Positions 50,548 to 60,128 of a stretch of DNA of 64,000 bases are shown here, one piece after another; position 1 is the first letter of the stretch; each line of letters opens with the position of its first letter. Origin of the DNA: Candidatus Falkowbacteria bacterium HGW-Falkowbacteria-1. Lineage in GTDB: Bacteria > Patescibacteriota > Patescibacteriia > Patescibacteriales > UBA12465. A model generated the notes under the pieces. It had not been told where the DNA came from. It saw only the letters and a program-made list of their open reading frames with translations, and made no database searches. The stretch lies in assembly GCA_002840305.1 (NCBI GenBank), contig PHAI01000001.1, positions 229,463-293,462 on the forward strand. Direction: 5' to 3'. The position numbers and the translations under genes are program-made.

Positions 50548-51527
50548 TATATTTTATAATATTCTTTATACCATTCAACAAATTTTTTAACCCCTTCTTC
50601 TATATTGGTCTTTGGGTCGTAATTCAACATTTTTTTAGCCTTGGAAATATTGGCGAAAGTTTTTTCTACATCTCCCGGCTGAATGGGCTCAAGCTTGATG
50701 TTTGCCTTTTTGTTCAAATTTTCTTCTAATAATTTTATCAAATATCCTACTTCTACTGTTTGTGAATTTCCTAAATTGAATATTTCATAGGGATAAGCTT
50801 TTTCTAATGACTTGATAATGCCATCAACTATGTCATCAACATAAGTAAAATCCCTTAACATTTTTCCATAATTGAACAATTTAACTTCCTTGTTGTTCAT
50901 TATTTCGTTGGTGAATAAATACATAGCCATATCTGGCCGGCTGCTAGGACCATAAGCGGTAAAGAATCTTAATCCAGTGCAATTTATGTCAAACAAATGA
51001 TGATAATTGTGAGCAATAAGTTCGTTGGATTTTTTAGTAGCCGCATATAGAGAGATGGGGCTATCGACATTGTCCTCTTCTTTGAAGCCATCTTCGTTCA
51101 TTTCATTTTTACCGTAGACAGAGGAGCTGGAAGCGTAAATAAAGTCTTTTATATTAAATTTTTTAGCGCATTCCATGATATTGATAAAACCCTTTAAATT
51201 GCTTTGTTGGTATATCAAAGGGTTCTCTATGGAATATCTTACGCCAGGTTGGGCTGCTAGATGACAAATCTTGTCTATATTGTTTTCCTCAAAAACTTTT
51301 TCTAATTCTTTTTCTTCACTAATATCCAATTGATAAAATTTATAGCTATTATATTTTTTTAGAATATCATTGCGATGATTTTTAAGATCTTGAGAATAGT
51401 AATTGTTGATTGAATCAATGCCGATAACATTGAATCCATCTTCTAATAATTTTTTAGCCGTGTGAAAACCAATGAAGCCGGCAGAACCAGTAACTAGTAT
51501 GGTTTTTTTATTTTCTGAATTTCTCAT
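50547..51527 (-). CDS. UDP-glucuronate 4-epimerase-like NAD-dependent epimerase
   Basis: TGSAGFIGFH, HLAAQPGVRYS, YASSSSVYG, YAATKK, LRFFTAYGP and RPDMA. Confidence 0.93.
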   Translation of the reverse strand: MRNSENKKTILVTGSAGFIGFHTAKKLLEDGFNVIGIDSINNYYSQDLKNHRNDILKKYNSYKFYQLDISEEKELEKVFEENNIDKICHLAAQPGVRYSIENPLIYQQSNLKGFINIMECAKKFNIKDFIYASSSSVYGKNEMNEDGFKEEDNVDSPISLYAATKKSNELIAHNYHHLFDINCTGLRFFTAYGPSSRPDMAMYLFTNEIMNNKEVKLFNYGKMLRDFTYVDDIVDGIIKSLEKAYPYEIFNLGNSQTVEVGYLIKLLEENLNKKANIKLEPIQPGDVEKTFANISKAKKMLNYDPKTNIEEGVKKFVEWYKEYYKI

Positions 51528-51593
51528 ATTTTTTTGATTTTATTTTTTTATCCTAAGAATCATAAACATCTGAATTCCAGGAATCTTATTTTA

Positions 51594-52970
51594 TTATCTA
51601 CCTTCTTGCCCCAGGGCTGTCTTGATTGTTTTTAAAATAATACTTATATCCAAGTAGAACGATCTATTTTTAATATAAAACAAATCATATTGTAATTTCT
51701 TGTATGTATCTTCAACCGAGGGCGAATGATATTCACCCGATATTTGATCCCAACCACTTATACCAGGTTTAACCAAGCTTCTAACACTGTAAAAGGGAAT
51801 GTTGTTTGCTAGTTCTTTTATTATTTCTGGCCTTTCTGGTCGTGGGCCAACAAAGCTCATGTCTCCTCTTAGAACGTTTAAGAGCTGTGGTATTTCGTCT
51901 ATTCTACTTTTTCGAAGAAATTTACCCAGTACGGTTATCCTGGGGTCGTTTTCTTCGGTGGGAGCGTGATTATTTTTTTCTACTCTCATTGTTCTGAATT
52001 TATAAAGATTAAAGTCCTTATTATTCTTACCACTCCTTGTCTGTTTAAACATGACTGGTCCATGGCTCGTTATTTTTATTAAGATAGCGATTATAATAGA
52101 TAGTGGGAAAGCAAAAATTAAAAAGAAAAAAGATAGAAATAGATCAAAAATTCTCTTGATTCCCTCAAACGTTCTTTTTTCTGCCAGGTTTAAATTTTCC
52201 AAAAACCAAGCCTTGTTTAAAATTTCAAGAGGTATTTGTCCGCTGATCTCTTCGTAAAAATTTATCAGATTGTAGTAGTTTATGCCGCTTGGCAATAAAT
52301 TAAACAAGGTTTTTTGGAGATCTTTCATTTCGCCAAGGTCTTTCTCCAGAATCAAGCTGTCTATTTTATAGTCTTTTATCGCTCGAGATAGTTGATTGGC
52401 GTCTTCTACTATTTTAAGATCATAAATATCTGCTATATCTACTAAAACATTGTTTTTTTCGCTCAGTAGAAATTTAACATTGTATCCTAGTTGAGGGTTC
52501 TTTTTTATAGCCTGGATTGTTTTTCTTATTATTTCATTATAACCAATCATGGCAATATTTGATCCCGGTAGATATTTTTTATTGATTGATAAAAATAGCA
52601 ACCGCCAAAGAGTGAACAAGACGAAAGAAAAGGAGGCAAATATAAGTAAATTAGTTTTGGGGGTTATCTGGGCATATGGGACTAGATAAAACAAAATCAT
52701 GGAAAGAAAAAATGAAATAAGGGCACTTTTTATGCTTCTTTCTATGAGCTTATTTTGATTGATAATTTTTTTAAAATCATATAAGCTATTAATATAGAAA
52801 ATCATTAGCCATAGAAGAAAGACTGGAATAAAAATTTGAAAATGCTTTTCTTCTATTTCTGGCGATAGTTCGTCGGCGTATCTAAGAATCAGTGTGATTT
52901 TTAGAGAAATAAATAAAATGCTTAGATCTACCAGAAACAAAATTGTCTGTTTTATTTTTTTATTGTTCAT
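51594..52970 (-). CDS. Polyprenyl-phosphate glycosylphosphotransferase (WcaJ/WbaP-like priming enzyme)
   Basis: N-terminal TM segments, [31 protein letters not shown] and YDLFY. Confidence 0.94.
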   Translation of the reverse strand: MNNKKIKQTILFLVDLSILFISLKITLILRYADELSPEIEEKHFQIFIPVFLLWLMIFYINSLYDFKKIINQNKLIERSIKSALISFFLSMILFYLVPYAQITPKTNLLIFASFSFVLFTLWRLLFLSINKKYLPGSNIAMIGYNEIIRKTIQAIKKNPQLGYNVKFLLSEKNNVLVDIADIYDLKIVEDANQLSRAIKDYKIDSLILEKDLGEMKDLQKTLFNLLPSGINYYNLINFYEEISGQIPLEILNKAWFLENLNLAEKRTFEGIKRIFDLFLSFFFLIFAFPLSIIIAILIKITSHGPVMFKQTRSGKNNKDFNLYKFRTMRVEKNNHAPTEENDPRITVLGKFLRKSRIDEIPQLLNVLRGDMSFVGPRPERPEIIKELANNIPFYSVRSLVKPGISGWDQISGEYHSPSVEDTYKKLQYDLFYIKNRSFYLDISIILKTIKTALGQEGR

Positions 52971-53041
52971 ATTTTAGTTTTAGTTGTTTCTATTATAGCA
53001 GTAATTATTATAATAAATCAAATTTAATAAATTTAAAATTT

Positions 53042-55336
53042 ATGTCTGAAAAAAATTATTTATGGATCTTAAAAATTGGAGTTTTTGCTTCTTTGCTGAC
53101 TTTGTTTTTTGTTTTTTCTGATTTGCTTTTTCCATTCGTTACATCTAAGCAATTAAGCTTTAATATTCTGATTGAGATTTTACTTGTTTTTTATTTTGTT
53201 TTTATAATTAAATATCCAAAATATCGCCCTACAAAATCGCTAGTGACCTTTGGTCTTTTAGCTTATTTTGTGGCCATAATTCTTTCTTTGTTCGTGAGCG
53301 TTGATTTTAATTTGAGTTTTTGGGGTGACTTAGAGAGAATGCTCGGTTTATTTCACCTACTTCATTTCTTGGCGCTTTATTTTATAGTTGTTAGTGTTTT
53401 TAGGACTAAAAAAGATTACTTCTGGCTTTTTAATGTCATGATTTTGGTATGCTTTGTGGTTGCGCTAATGATGATTGGTTCACATTCAGAAAAATATTCC
53501 CAAAGCATATTGGGCAATCGTGCTTATCTAGCGGCTTTCATGATTTTTGGTATTTTTTTAAGTTTTTTAATGACGGTTAAAAACAAAGAATGGTGGGCAA
53601 AGGCGATTTATCTTTTTTCTTTACCGTTTTTTGTTTATTCCCTTATTAAGGCTAATGTTTCTGGCTCTCATGCTGGCTTAATGGTTGGTTTGTTTTTTTC
53701 TTTATTAATTTTTTCTATTTTTTCAAAAAGTAGAAAAATAAAAATTGGGGGAATATCAATTTTGTTATTTTTTGTTATTTCTCTGACCTCTTTGTTTCTT
53801 TTTCGTTCTAATACTGTTTTTGATGGAACATATTTAGGGCAAGCTTTAAGAGATTTTTCCAGTGAAAACATTACTTTGAGAACTCGTCTTATTTCTTGGA
53901 ATGCAGCTGGTCATTATTTACTTGATCATCCTGTTAATTTAATTTTTGGTGTTGGACATGGTAATTATGCTTTAGTTTTTGATAGTTATTTTGACGCTAG
54001 TTTTTACGATTACGATCGTCATGCTACTTATTTTGACAGGGCTCATAATAATTTAATTGATATTTTGGCTACAACCGGATTAATCGGTTTGCTCACATAT
54101 TTATCTTTAATTTTTTTCTTATTTTATTTTTTAAACAAGACTTATCAACAAAACAAAGGAAATTATGATATTAATAATATAAAGGGTTTGAATATTTGGG
54201 AATATTCAATTTTGTCAGGTTTACTTGTGGCCTATTTTGTTCAAAATTTGGCCGTTTTTGATTCCTTCTCGACTTATATGTACCTAATGTTTTTTATGGC
54301 CTTTGTTAATTTTTTAGAAATTTCTAATAAAAAAATAGATAATAATATAGTTGAAACAAAAGGTAGAAAAGAGGGTGTCAGGGAGGAAATTTTGTTTTTA
54401 TTTTTTGGTGCCGCCTCCTTAATGCTAATATTTAATGTAAATATTTTAGCGATTAAAACATCCAGAAAAACAATTGAGGCTTATACGTCTTTGGGCAGGG
54501 GTGATGTTTTGGGTTTTTATCAAAAATCAGGCGAAGCTTTCACTCTCAACTCTGTGATGGCCAGAGACAGTAAGGAGTCTTATATTAATCTAGTGACTAG
54601 TAATTTTGATTCCATGTTAGAAAAATCATCCTTGGATGATTTGGAGAAAATAGTTTTGTTAGCTATTCAGGCAACTGATTCTAATTTGAATTATAATGTT
54701 AATGATAGTTTAATGTTGTTTAGATCAGCTAAGGTTTATGAAATGGCTGGACGTCTTTATTCTAAAAAAGGCGATAATAATCAGGCTGTAAAATATAATG
54801 ATATAGCATTAAAGTTGATAGATATGGCTATTATATCTAGTCCTCAAAGAGTTCCTTTGTATTCCTTTAAGTCAAGCATTTTGCTTAATGTTGGTAGGGA
54901 AGATGAAGCTCTAGAAAGTTTAAATTATGCTAAAAATATAAACAAAAAAATGCCCGATGCCTTTTGTCAGTTGGCGAATTTGAATTTTGTTTTTGAAAAT
55001 ATTGAAGAGTTTCATAAAGATTTTCCGATTTGTATTGAGGACGGGGGACTGGAATTGATGAGTTTTGATTCTTTTATTTCTGGTTTTGAAGAATATTTTT
55101 TTGCCAAAGAAGATTTTGAGTCTCTTAGAAAGATTTACGGAGTTATTTTAGAAAAGTATCCCGAAGATATAGATTGGTTATCCAGATCGGCCTTGGTTTA
55201 TTATCAAATCGGAGATTTTGACCAAGCAGAAAGGAATGCTTTTAAAATTTTAGAGTTAGACAGTTCTTATAAGGAAGATATTGACTTATTTTTGGAACAA
55301 TTGAAGTCTGCAAGAGCGGAGGCTAACGTAGATTAG
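53042..55336 (+). CDS. O-antigen ligase/oligosaccharyltransferase family protein with C-terminal TPRs
   Basis: Multi-TM protein with S.LGN...A, R...W, FGVG.GNY, RAHN...D...TTG..G and a TPR-like tail. ATG 53042 avoids overlap with the divergent gene. Confidence 0.9.
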   Translation: MSEKNYLWILKIGVFASLLTLFFVFSDLLFPFVTSKQLSFNILIEILLVFYFVFIIKYPKYRPTKSLVTFGLLAYFVAIILSLFVSVDFNLSFWGDLERMLGLFHLLHFLALYFIVVSVFRTKKDYFWLFNVMILVCFVVALMMIGSHSEKYSQSILGNRAYLAAFMIFGIFLSFLMTVKNKEWWAKAIYLFSLPFFVYSLIKANVSGSHAGLMVGLFFSLLIFSIFSKSRKIKIGGISILLFFVISLTSLFLFRSNTVFDGTYLGQALRDFSSENITLRTRLISWNAAGHYLLDHPVNLIFGVGHGNYALVFDSYFDASFYDYDRHATYFDRAHNNLIDILATTGLIGLLTYLSLIFFLFYFLNKTYQQNKGNYDINNIKGLNIWEYSILSGLLVAYFVQNLAVFDSFSTYMYLMFFMAFVNFLEISNKKIDNNIVETKGRKEGVREEILFLFFGAASLMLIFNVNILAIKTSRKTIEAYTSLGRGDVLGFYQKSGEAFTLNSVMARDSKESYINLVTSNFDSMLEKSSLDDLEKIVLLAIQATDSNLNYNVNDSLMLFRSAKVYEMAGRLYSKKGDNNQAVKYNDIALKLIDMAIISSPQRVPLYSFKSSILLNVGREDEALESLNYAKNINKKMPDAFCQLANLNFVFENIEEFHKDFPICIEDGGLELMSFDSFISGFEEYFFAKEDFESLRKIYGVILEKYPEDIDWLSRSALVYYQIGDFDQAERNAFKILELDSSYKEDIDLFLEQLKSARAEANVD

Positions 55337-55477
55337 AGAATAATTAAGAATTGTCTTCCTTCGTTCTTTGTGCTATAATTCCAATAATAAATATTTGTTT
55401 TAGCTTCTATAATTCTTTTTGAATATTTCTAGATGATTAAATAAAAAATATAAAATAAATAATTAATTCTAAAGTTT

Positions 55478-56998
55478 ATGTTTAACCAAAAGAAAAAGGC
55501 TTTTACCTTAATTGAATTGTTGGTAGTAATAGCTATTATTGGAATACTGGCTACTTTGGCTGTAGTAGCTCTCCAGCAAGCTAGATCTAGGGCTAGGGAC
55601 AGTAAAAGAGTGGCTGATATGAAACAGGTATCTACTGCTTTAGAATTATTTTTTAATGAAAATGGTAGATATCCAACGACAGAAGAGTGGGAAAGCGGTT
55701 CTATAACTTCTTCTACTACTGGGGAAGTATTTATGTATAATATTCCTTCCGCTCCAACTCCGGCTGACGGGTCTTGTTTAGAGGCTTCCAACACCTATGT
55801 TTATACTCCCGTTGACAATGGTGCTAGTTATGCTATTGATTTTTGCATCGGGACACAACTCTCAAACTTAAATTCAGGCGGTAAACAACTTATTCCTGGT
55901 GGTATAATTGATTTCGGTGAGTCAGCAGGAGAAGAAGAAAGCGGAGGAGAGACGGAAACGGTCTGCTTGACCTCGCCCACCTCTTGTTCCTGGGAAATGT
56001 TAGGCAGTTCTGGTTTTTCTGGACCCTGGATTGATAATTTAATTCTTGATATTGACCAAGGAGTTCCTTATATAGGGAACACCGGTGGTTCTTATGAGTT
56101 TTTTGTCATGAAATATAATGGTACTTCTTGGGAGGATATTGGCGGTGATGTAGCGGGATATGCAGTTTCTAATGGTGTAGATTTTGACGTTTATAATGAC
56201 GTTCCCTATGTATCTTTTCAAGACCCAAACGACCTTAATCGACTTACAGTTATGAAGTATAATGGATCTTCTTGGGTATTTGTGGGCAACTCTACTATTT
56301 CGTCTGGGCAAGCCAATGCTTCTTCTATTTACCTTTATAATACTGTTCCTTATATAGCCTATAGTAATCAAGTTTCATATACAATTCCAGAAGCTACCGT
56401 TTCTACTTACAATGGTAGTTCTTGGCAAAATGTTGGTACTCCTGGTTTTTCTACGGATGGAATTTCTCAAACATCGCTCATTGTTTATAATGGAACGCCA
56501 TATGTTGCTTTTCAAGATTTCGCCAGTTCTTATGAGGCCACAGTTATGAAGTATAATGGCTCTTCGTGGGAATATGTTGGTGACCCCGGTTTTTCTTCTG
56601 GGCAAATTGATGGGATGACCTTTGATATTTATAATGGAGTTCCTTATGTTGCATTTAGAGATGCTTCTAATTCTTACAAGGCAACGGTTATGAAATATAA
56701 TGGCTCTGATTGGGAGGTGGTTGGGTCTGCTGGTTTTTCTGCCGGTATGGCGATGGAGAAGGTTGTTATAGATGTTTACAATGGGGTTCCGTATGTTGCT
56801 TATAGTGAAACTTCAAATGGTGGTAAAGCGACTATTATGAAATACAATGGTACTTCATGGGAAAACTTTGGTGCTCCTGGGTTTTCCTCTGGCGTGGCTT
56901 ATAAAATCAGCTTTATTATTGATGATGGGATCCCTTATGTTTCTTATCAACAAGACCACGAAGCTGTTGTTACAAAATTTACTCCAATTCAGGAATAA
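55478..56998 (+). CDS. Type IV pilin (GspG-like head) fused to a 7-repeat beta-propeller
   Basis: [19 protein letters not shown]. Seven ~48-aa repeats with PY(V/I)...KYNG.SW..VG..GFS.G. Confidence 0.92.
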   Translation: MFNQKKKAFTLIELLVVIAIIGILATLAVVALQQARSRARDSKRVADMKQVSTALELFFNENGRYPTTEEWESGSITSSTTGEVFMYNIPSAPTPADGSCLEASNTYVYTPVDNGASYAIDFCIGTQLSNLNSGGKQLIPGGIIDFGESAGEEESGGETETVCLTSPTSCSWEMLGSSGFSGPWIDNLILDIDQGVPYIGNTGGSYEFFVMKYNGTSWEDIGGDVAGYAVSNGVDFDVYNDVPYVSFQDPNDLNRLTVMKYNGSSWVFVGNSTISSGQANASSIYLYNTVPYIAYSNQVSYTIPEATVSTYNGSSWQNVGTPGFSTDGISQTSLIVYNGTPYVAFQDFASSYEATVMKYNGSSWEYVGDPGFSSGQIDGMTFDIYNGVPYVAFRDASNSYKATVMKYNGSDWEVVGSAGFSAGMAMEKVVIDVYNGVPYVAYSETSNGGKATIMKYNGTSWENFGAPGFSSGVAYKISFIIDDGIPYVSYQQDHEAVVTKFTPIQE

Positions 56999-57018
56999 AT
57001 AAAAAAACAAGAAGGTGT

Positions 57019-57047
57019 TGACTTTAATTCAAAAATGTGATATACTG
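57019..57047 (+). promoter_or_regulatory. sigma70 promoter
   Basis: TTGACT-N17-TATACT with an extended TG, upstream of ORF 57085. Confidence 0.7.
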
Positions 57048-57084
57048 GTTAGTTAGTTCTTTAATGTTGTTAAAAAAATAGACC

Positions 57085-57795
57085 ATGAAAAGTAAAATTA
57101 AGAATTTTTTTGGACGTATTTCCGTTTTTTTTCAGTTTAAGACTAAGGAGAGGATTAAATTGGAAAAACTTTTTGATTGGCAAATGGAGCAGCTCAAAGA
57201 AATTGGGATATCAAAGGATATTATTTCTAGGTTTAGAGAGAAGAAAGACGAGGTCTTAAATCACTTTCTTTATTTTTGCTCTTTGCCCGGATATTACGAA
57301 ATGACCGCTTTTTTGCCCGTGATTCCTTTAGAGATTTTAAAGAGATCTTTTCCTTTTCCTTTGTCAACGATAAACAAGCAGGAATTGTCTAGCGGTTCGT
57401 CCAGAAACTTGGCTGAGTCTATAGACACGGAAGAGGTGTACGACTTAAGAAGTGACACGGAAATACCAACGCCTTATTTTATATTTGGTTTGGAAAATGG
57501 GATGAATGAGAACTCTATCTCGAGTGTCTCTCCTTCGATTGCTCAGGATTTATTTGCACGAACAAGACTATCTCCATTAAATTTGAGTGAAGCGCTTTCC
57601 ATGCTGATAATCTTTCCTGGTTTTTACAATGGGAATGGTGAAAAAATTTCCATTATGGGCTCCAGGTATAGGAACGAAAAAGTAATTCCGGAGTTTTTTC
57701 GAAATGGAAAAGGCTTTCAATTATCTTGGGCCTATGATAGTAATCTCGGAGTTGAAAAAGTTTATCCTGTTTGTTGGGAGAGAAAGTTTTTTTAA
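57085..57795 (+). CDS. Hypothetical protein (DUF5701-like)
   Basis: FLPVIP, SPLNLSEAL....FP, GSRY....P......LSW and a C-terminal Cys. The resemblance is by eye only. Confidence 0.55.
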   Translation: MKSKIKNFFGRISVFFQFKTKERIKLEKLFDWQMEQLKEIGISKDIISRFREKKDEVLNHFLYFCSLPGYYEMTAFLPVIPLEILKRSFPFPLSTINKQELSSGSSRNLAESIDTEEVYDLRSDTEIPTPYFIFGLENGMNENSISSVSPSIAQDLFARTRLSPLNLSEALSMLIIFPGFYNGNGEKISIMGSRYRNEKVIPEFFRNGKGFQLSWAYDSNLGVEKVYPVCWERKFF

Positions 57796-57812
57796 GATAT
57801 TTTTTCGTATTT

Positions 57813-57840
57813 AACGGCTATTTACTTAGCCGTTTTTTTA
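57813..57840. terminator. Hairpin terminator between convergent genes
   Basis: AACGGCTA-TTTACT-TAGCCGTT followed by a T-run. Confidence 0.7.
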
Positions 57841-58980
57841 TATTTCTTTTAAAATTTTTTCAGCGTAGTTTTTCTCTCCGATTTGAGGTAGGGGATTTTT
57901 GAAATAACGTTTATAATTAAGACAAAAATAGTTTATTTTATTTACTAGATCATGTGAATTTTTAGCTTCAAATAGTATTCCTTTATATTTTTTTATTAAT
58001 TCACTTATTCCACCTAGGTCGGAAGCAATTATTGGCATATCGAAGGCCGACGCTTCATAAATAACTGTTGGTGAATTTTCGTAGCAAAGAGAGGGAACTA
58101 TTAAGCAATCATTTTCTATTAGTTCTTTCTCTATTTCGTTTCCTGTATATTTTCCTAAAAATGTGATATTTTTATTATTTTTAGCCATTTCTTTTGCCTT
58201 TTCCATTTGGCTTCCATCTCCAATAATTTTTAACTTTATGTTGTCATTTTTTATTTTTCTGAAACTTCTTATTAGAAATAAGACACCCTTATGCTCTTCT
58301 ATTTGTCCAATAAATAAGAAATTAAAAATATTTTTTTCTGTTACTTCTTGTTTTCTGTTGATATCTTTTTTTGTAAAAGCCAGTGGATTATCTAGTACTA
58401 TTTTTTTACTTTTTCCAAAAAAACCACGTTTTTTATGTTTGTTTAGCAACCATTGGGAAGGAGAAATTATTAAATCAGGAGAAGATGCTAAATATTTATT
58501 TATTTTTTGATAAATTTTAGCGGGAAAAGTATTTGTTATTTCTTCTTTTTTGTAAAACATTAAACCAGATGGGTGAAGAAGTTGAATGTCGTGTAATATA
58601 TGTGCGTGTTTTATTCCTAATCTTTTTATAATCTTAAAGCTTAAATAAGAAAGACCCATTAAGTTATTGCTTATAACCAAATCTGGTTTTTCTGTTTTTA
58701 ATATTTTTTTTAATTTCAGAGCTTGGTTTAAATTAAAAATATTTAATATTTGCCAAAATAGCCTGTAAACAACGCTGTGTTTTCCTAGGTTATAATAGTT
58801 TGAATTTAGATAGTATGTTTTTGTTTCTTCGTTTACATTTTTTGCATTTCTTGGCTTGGTAGTAACAATAAAAACACAATGTCCTAGTGTTTTTAATTCT
58901 TGAACTGTTTTATCGGCTATTTTTTCGGCCCCGCCTTTTTGGTATGGTTTGTATAAATTATTAATCACGGCTATTCTCAT
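57838..58980 (-). CDS. Glycosyltransferase family 4
   Basis: GGAE, GQIEEHKG and PSLCYENSPTVIYEA. Confidence 0.92.
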   Translation of the reverse strand: MRIAVINNLYKPYQKGGAEKIADKTVQELKTLGHCVFIVTTKPRNAKNVNEETKTYYLNSNYYNLGKHSVVYRLFWQILNIFNLNQALKLKKILKTEKPDLVISNNLMGLSYLSFKIIKRLGIKHAHILHDIQLLHPSGLMFYKKEEITNTFPAKIYQKINKYLASSPDLIISPSQWLLNKHKKRGFFGKSKKIVLDNPLAFTKKDINRKQEVTEKNIFNFLFIGQIEEHKGVLFLIRSFRKIKNDNIKLKIIGDGSQMEKAKEMAKNNKNITFLGKYTGNEIEKELIENDCLIVPSLCYENSPTVIYEASAFDMPIIASDLGGISELIKKYKGILFEAKNSHDLVNKINYFCLNYKRYFKNPLPQIGEKNYAEKILKEI

Positions 58981-58993
58981 ATTTTTTTATATT

Positions 58994-60100
58994 TTATATA
59001 TTCAGAGTTCCGAATATTTTTTCACTAACTATTTTTTGTTCGTATTTTTTTAATACCAGTTCATAAGCTTCTTCACCCATATTTTCTCTCGATTTATTAT
59101 CTGCCATTATATTTTCTAATTTATTCTTTAAATCTTCTATGTTTTTTGCTTCAATTAATAACCCAGATTTATTATTTTCAAAGACACTTCTTACTCCAGG
59201 CAGATTTGAGGCAATTACTGGGGTGCCACAGGCCATAGCCTCTATTAGAACAATACCAAAAGCTTCATTACTGTTTATGGATGGCAGAACTAAGACATCA
59301 GCTTTCTGATAGTTATTTATTAATTCTTCCGAATTTAATTTTCCAATAAATTTAACCTTATTTTCTAGTTTTAAATCTTTGACTAATTTTTGGTATTCTT
59401 TTTTTAATTCTCCCTCGCCCGAAATTAGCAGTTCCGTATTTTCTAAATTGGCCTGAGAAAAGGCTTGAATTAAAATATCAACTCCCTTGAAATAATGAGC
59501 CTTATCTAATCCGCCAATAAACAATATATCTTTATTTTTTTTATTCGCTTTTTTGTTTATATCTGGATGAAATTTTATAGTATCTACAAAAAATGGAATT
59601 TCAACAAATTTTTCTGGCCATACTAAGTAATATTTTTTAATTTGACTGTTTTTTATATAATCCAATGATGAGCAAACTATTTTTTCAGCTTTTTCAAATA
59701 GCGATCTCTTTATTAGTTCTTCGGGAAGGCTTAACAGTTTGTATAAAAAGTTCTTTTGTTTAACATCCATGTGGTATTGAATAATTAACCTTTTGTTAGG
59801 ATTAATTATTTTAAATAGCCAAATTATAAAAGATGTTCCAAAAAAAGGAAAATGAAAATATATTAGATCAAATTTTTTTAGTTTCCATAAAAGTTGCCAC
59901 AAAATAGAGCCGTGTCCGAGCTTTAAAAAGCTTTTTATTCTTATTATTTCAGCTTCATTTTTCTCGTTGTCTGTTTTTTGTTTACTAGTAAAGACGAAGG
60001 ATTCGCATCTTTCTCCTATTATTTCTTGTAATTTGTAAGCCGATGCTCCTATGCCTCCAGCGTAGGGAGGATAGACACAGACAACTTGGGCAATTTTCAT
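58994..60100 (-). CDS. Glycosyltransferase family 4
   Basis: YPPYAGGI, GGLDKAHYFKG and EAFGIVLIEAMACG. Confidence 0.93.
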   Translation of the reverse strand: MKIAQVVCVYPPYAGGIGASAYKLQEIIGERCESFVFTSKQKTDNEKNEAEIIRIKSFLKLGHGSILWQLLWKLKKFDLIYFHFPFFGTSFIIWLFKIINPNKRLIIQYHMDVKQKNFLYKLLSLPEELIKRSLFEKAEKIVCSSLDYIKNSQIKKYYLVWPEKFVEIPFFVDTIKFHPDINKKANKKNKDILFIGGLDKAHYFKGVDILIQAFSQANLENTELLISGEGELKKEYQKLVKDLKLENKVKFIGKLNSEELINNYQKADVLVLPSINSNEAFGIVLIEAMACGTPVIASNLPGVRSVFENNKSGLLIEAKNIEDLKNKLENIMADNKSRENMGEEAYELVLKKYEQKIVSEKIFGTLNI

Positions 60101-60128
60101 AATGTTATTTTTTTGTTATATTGTTTAT

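Noticed and set aside
51545..51592. Weak inverted repeat between the epimerase and priming transferase genes as a decayed REP
   Set aside because: It is too degenerate to assign.
52943..53041. N-terminal extension of the O-antigen ligase overlapping the divergent sugar transferase
   Set aside because: The TTG start overlaps the opposite gene; ATG 53042 is more plausible.
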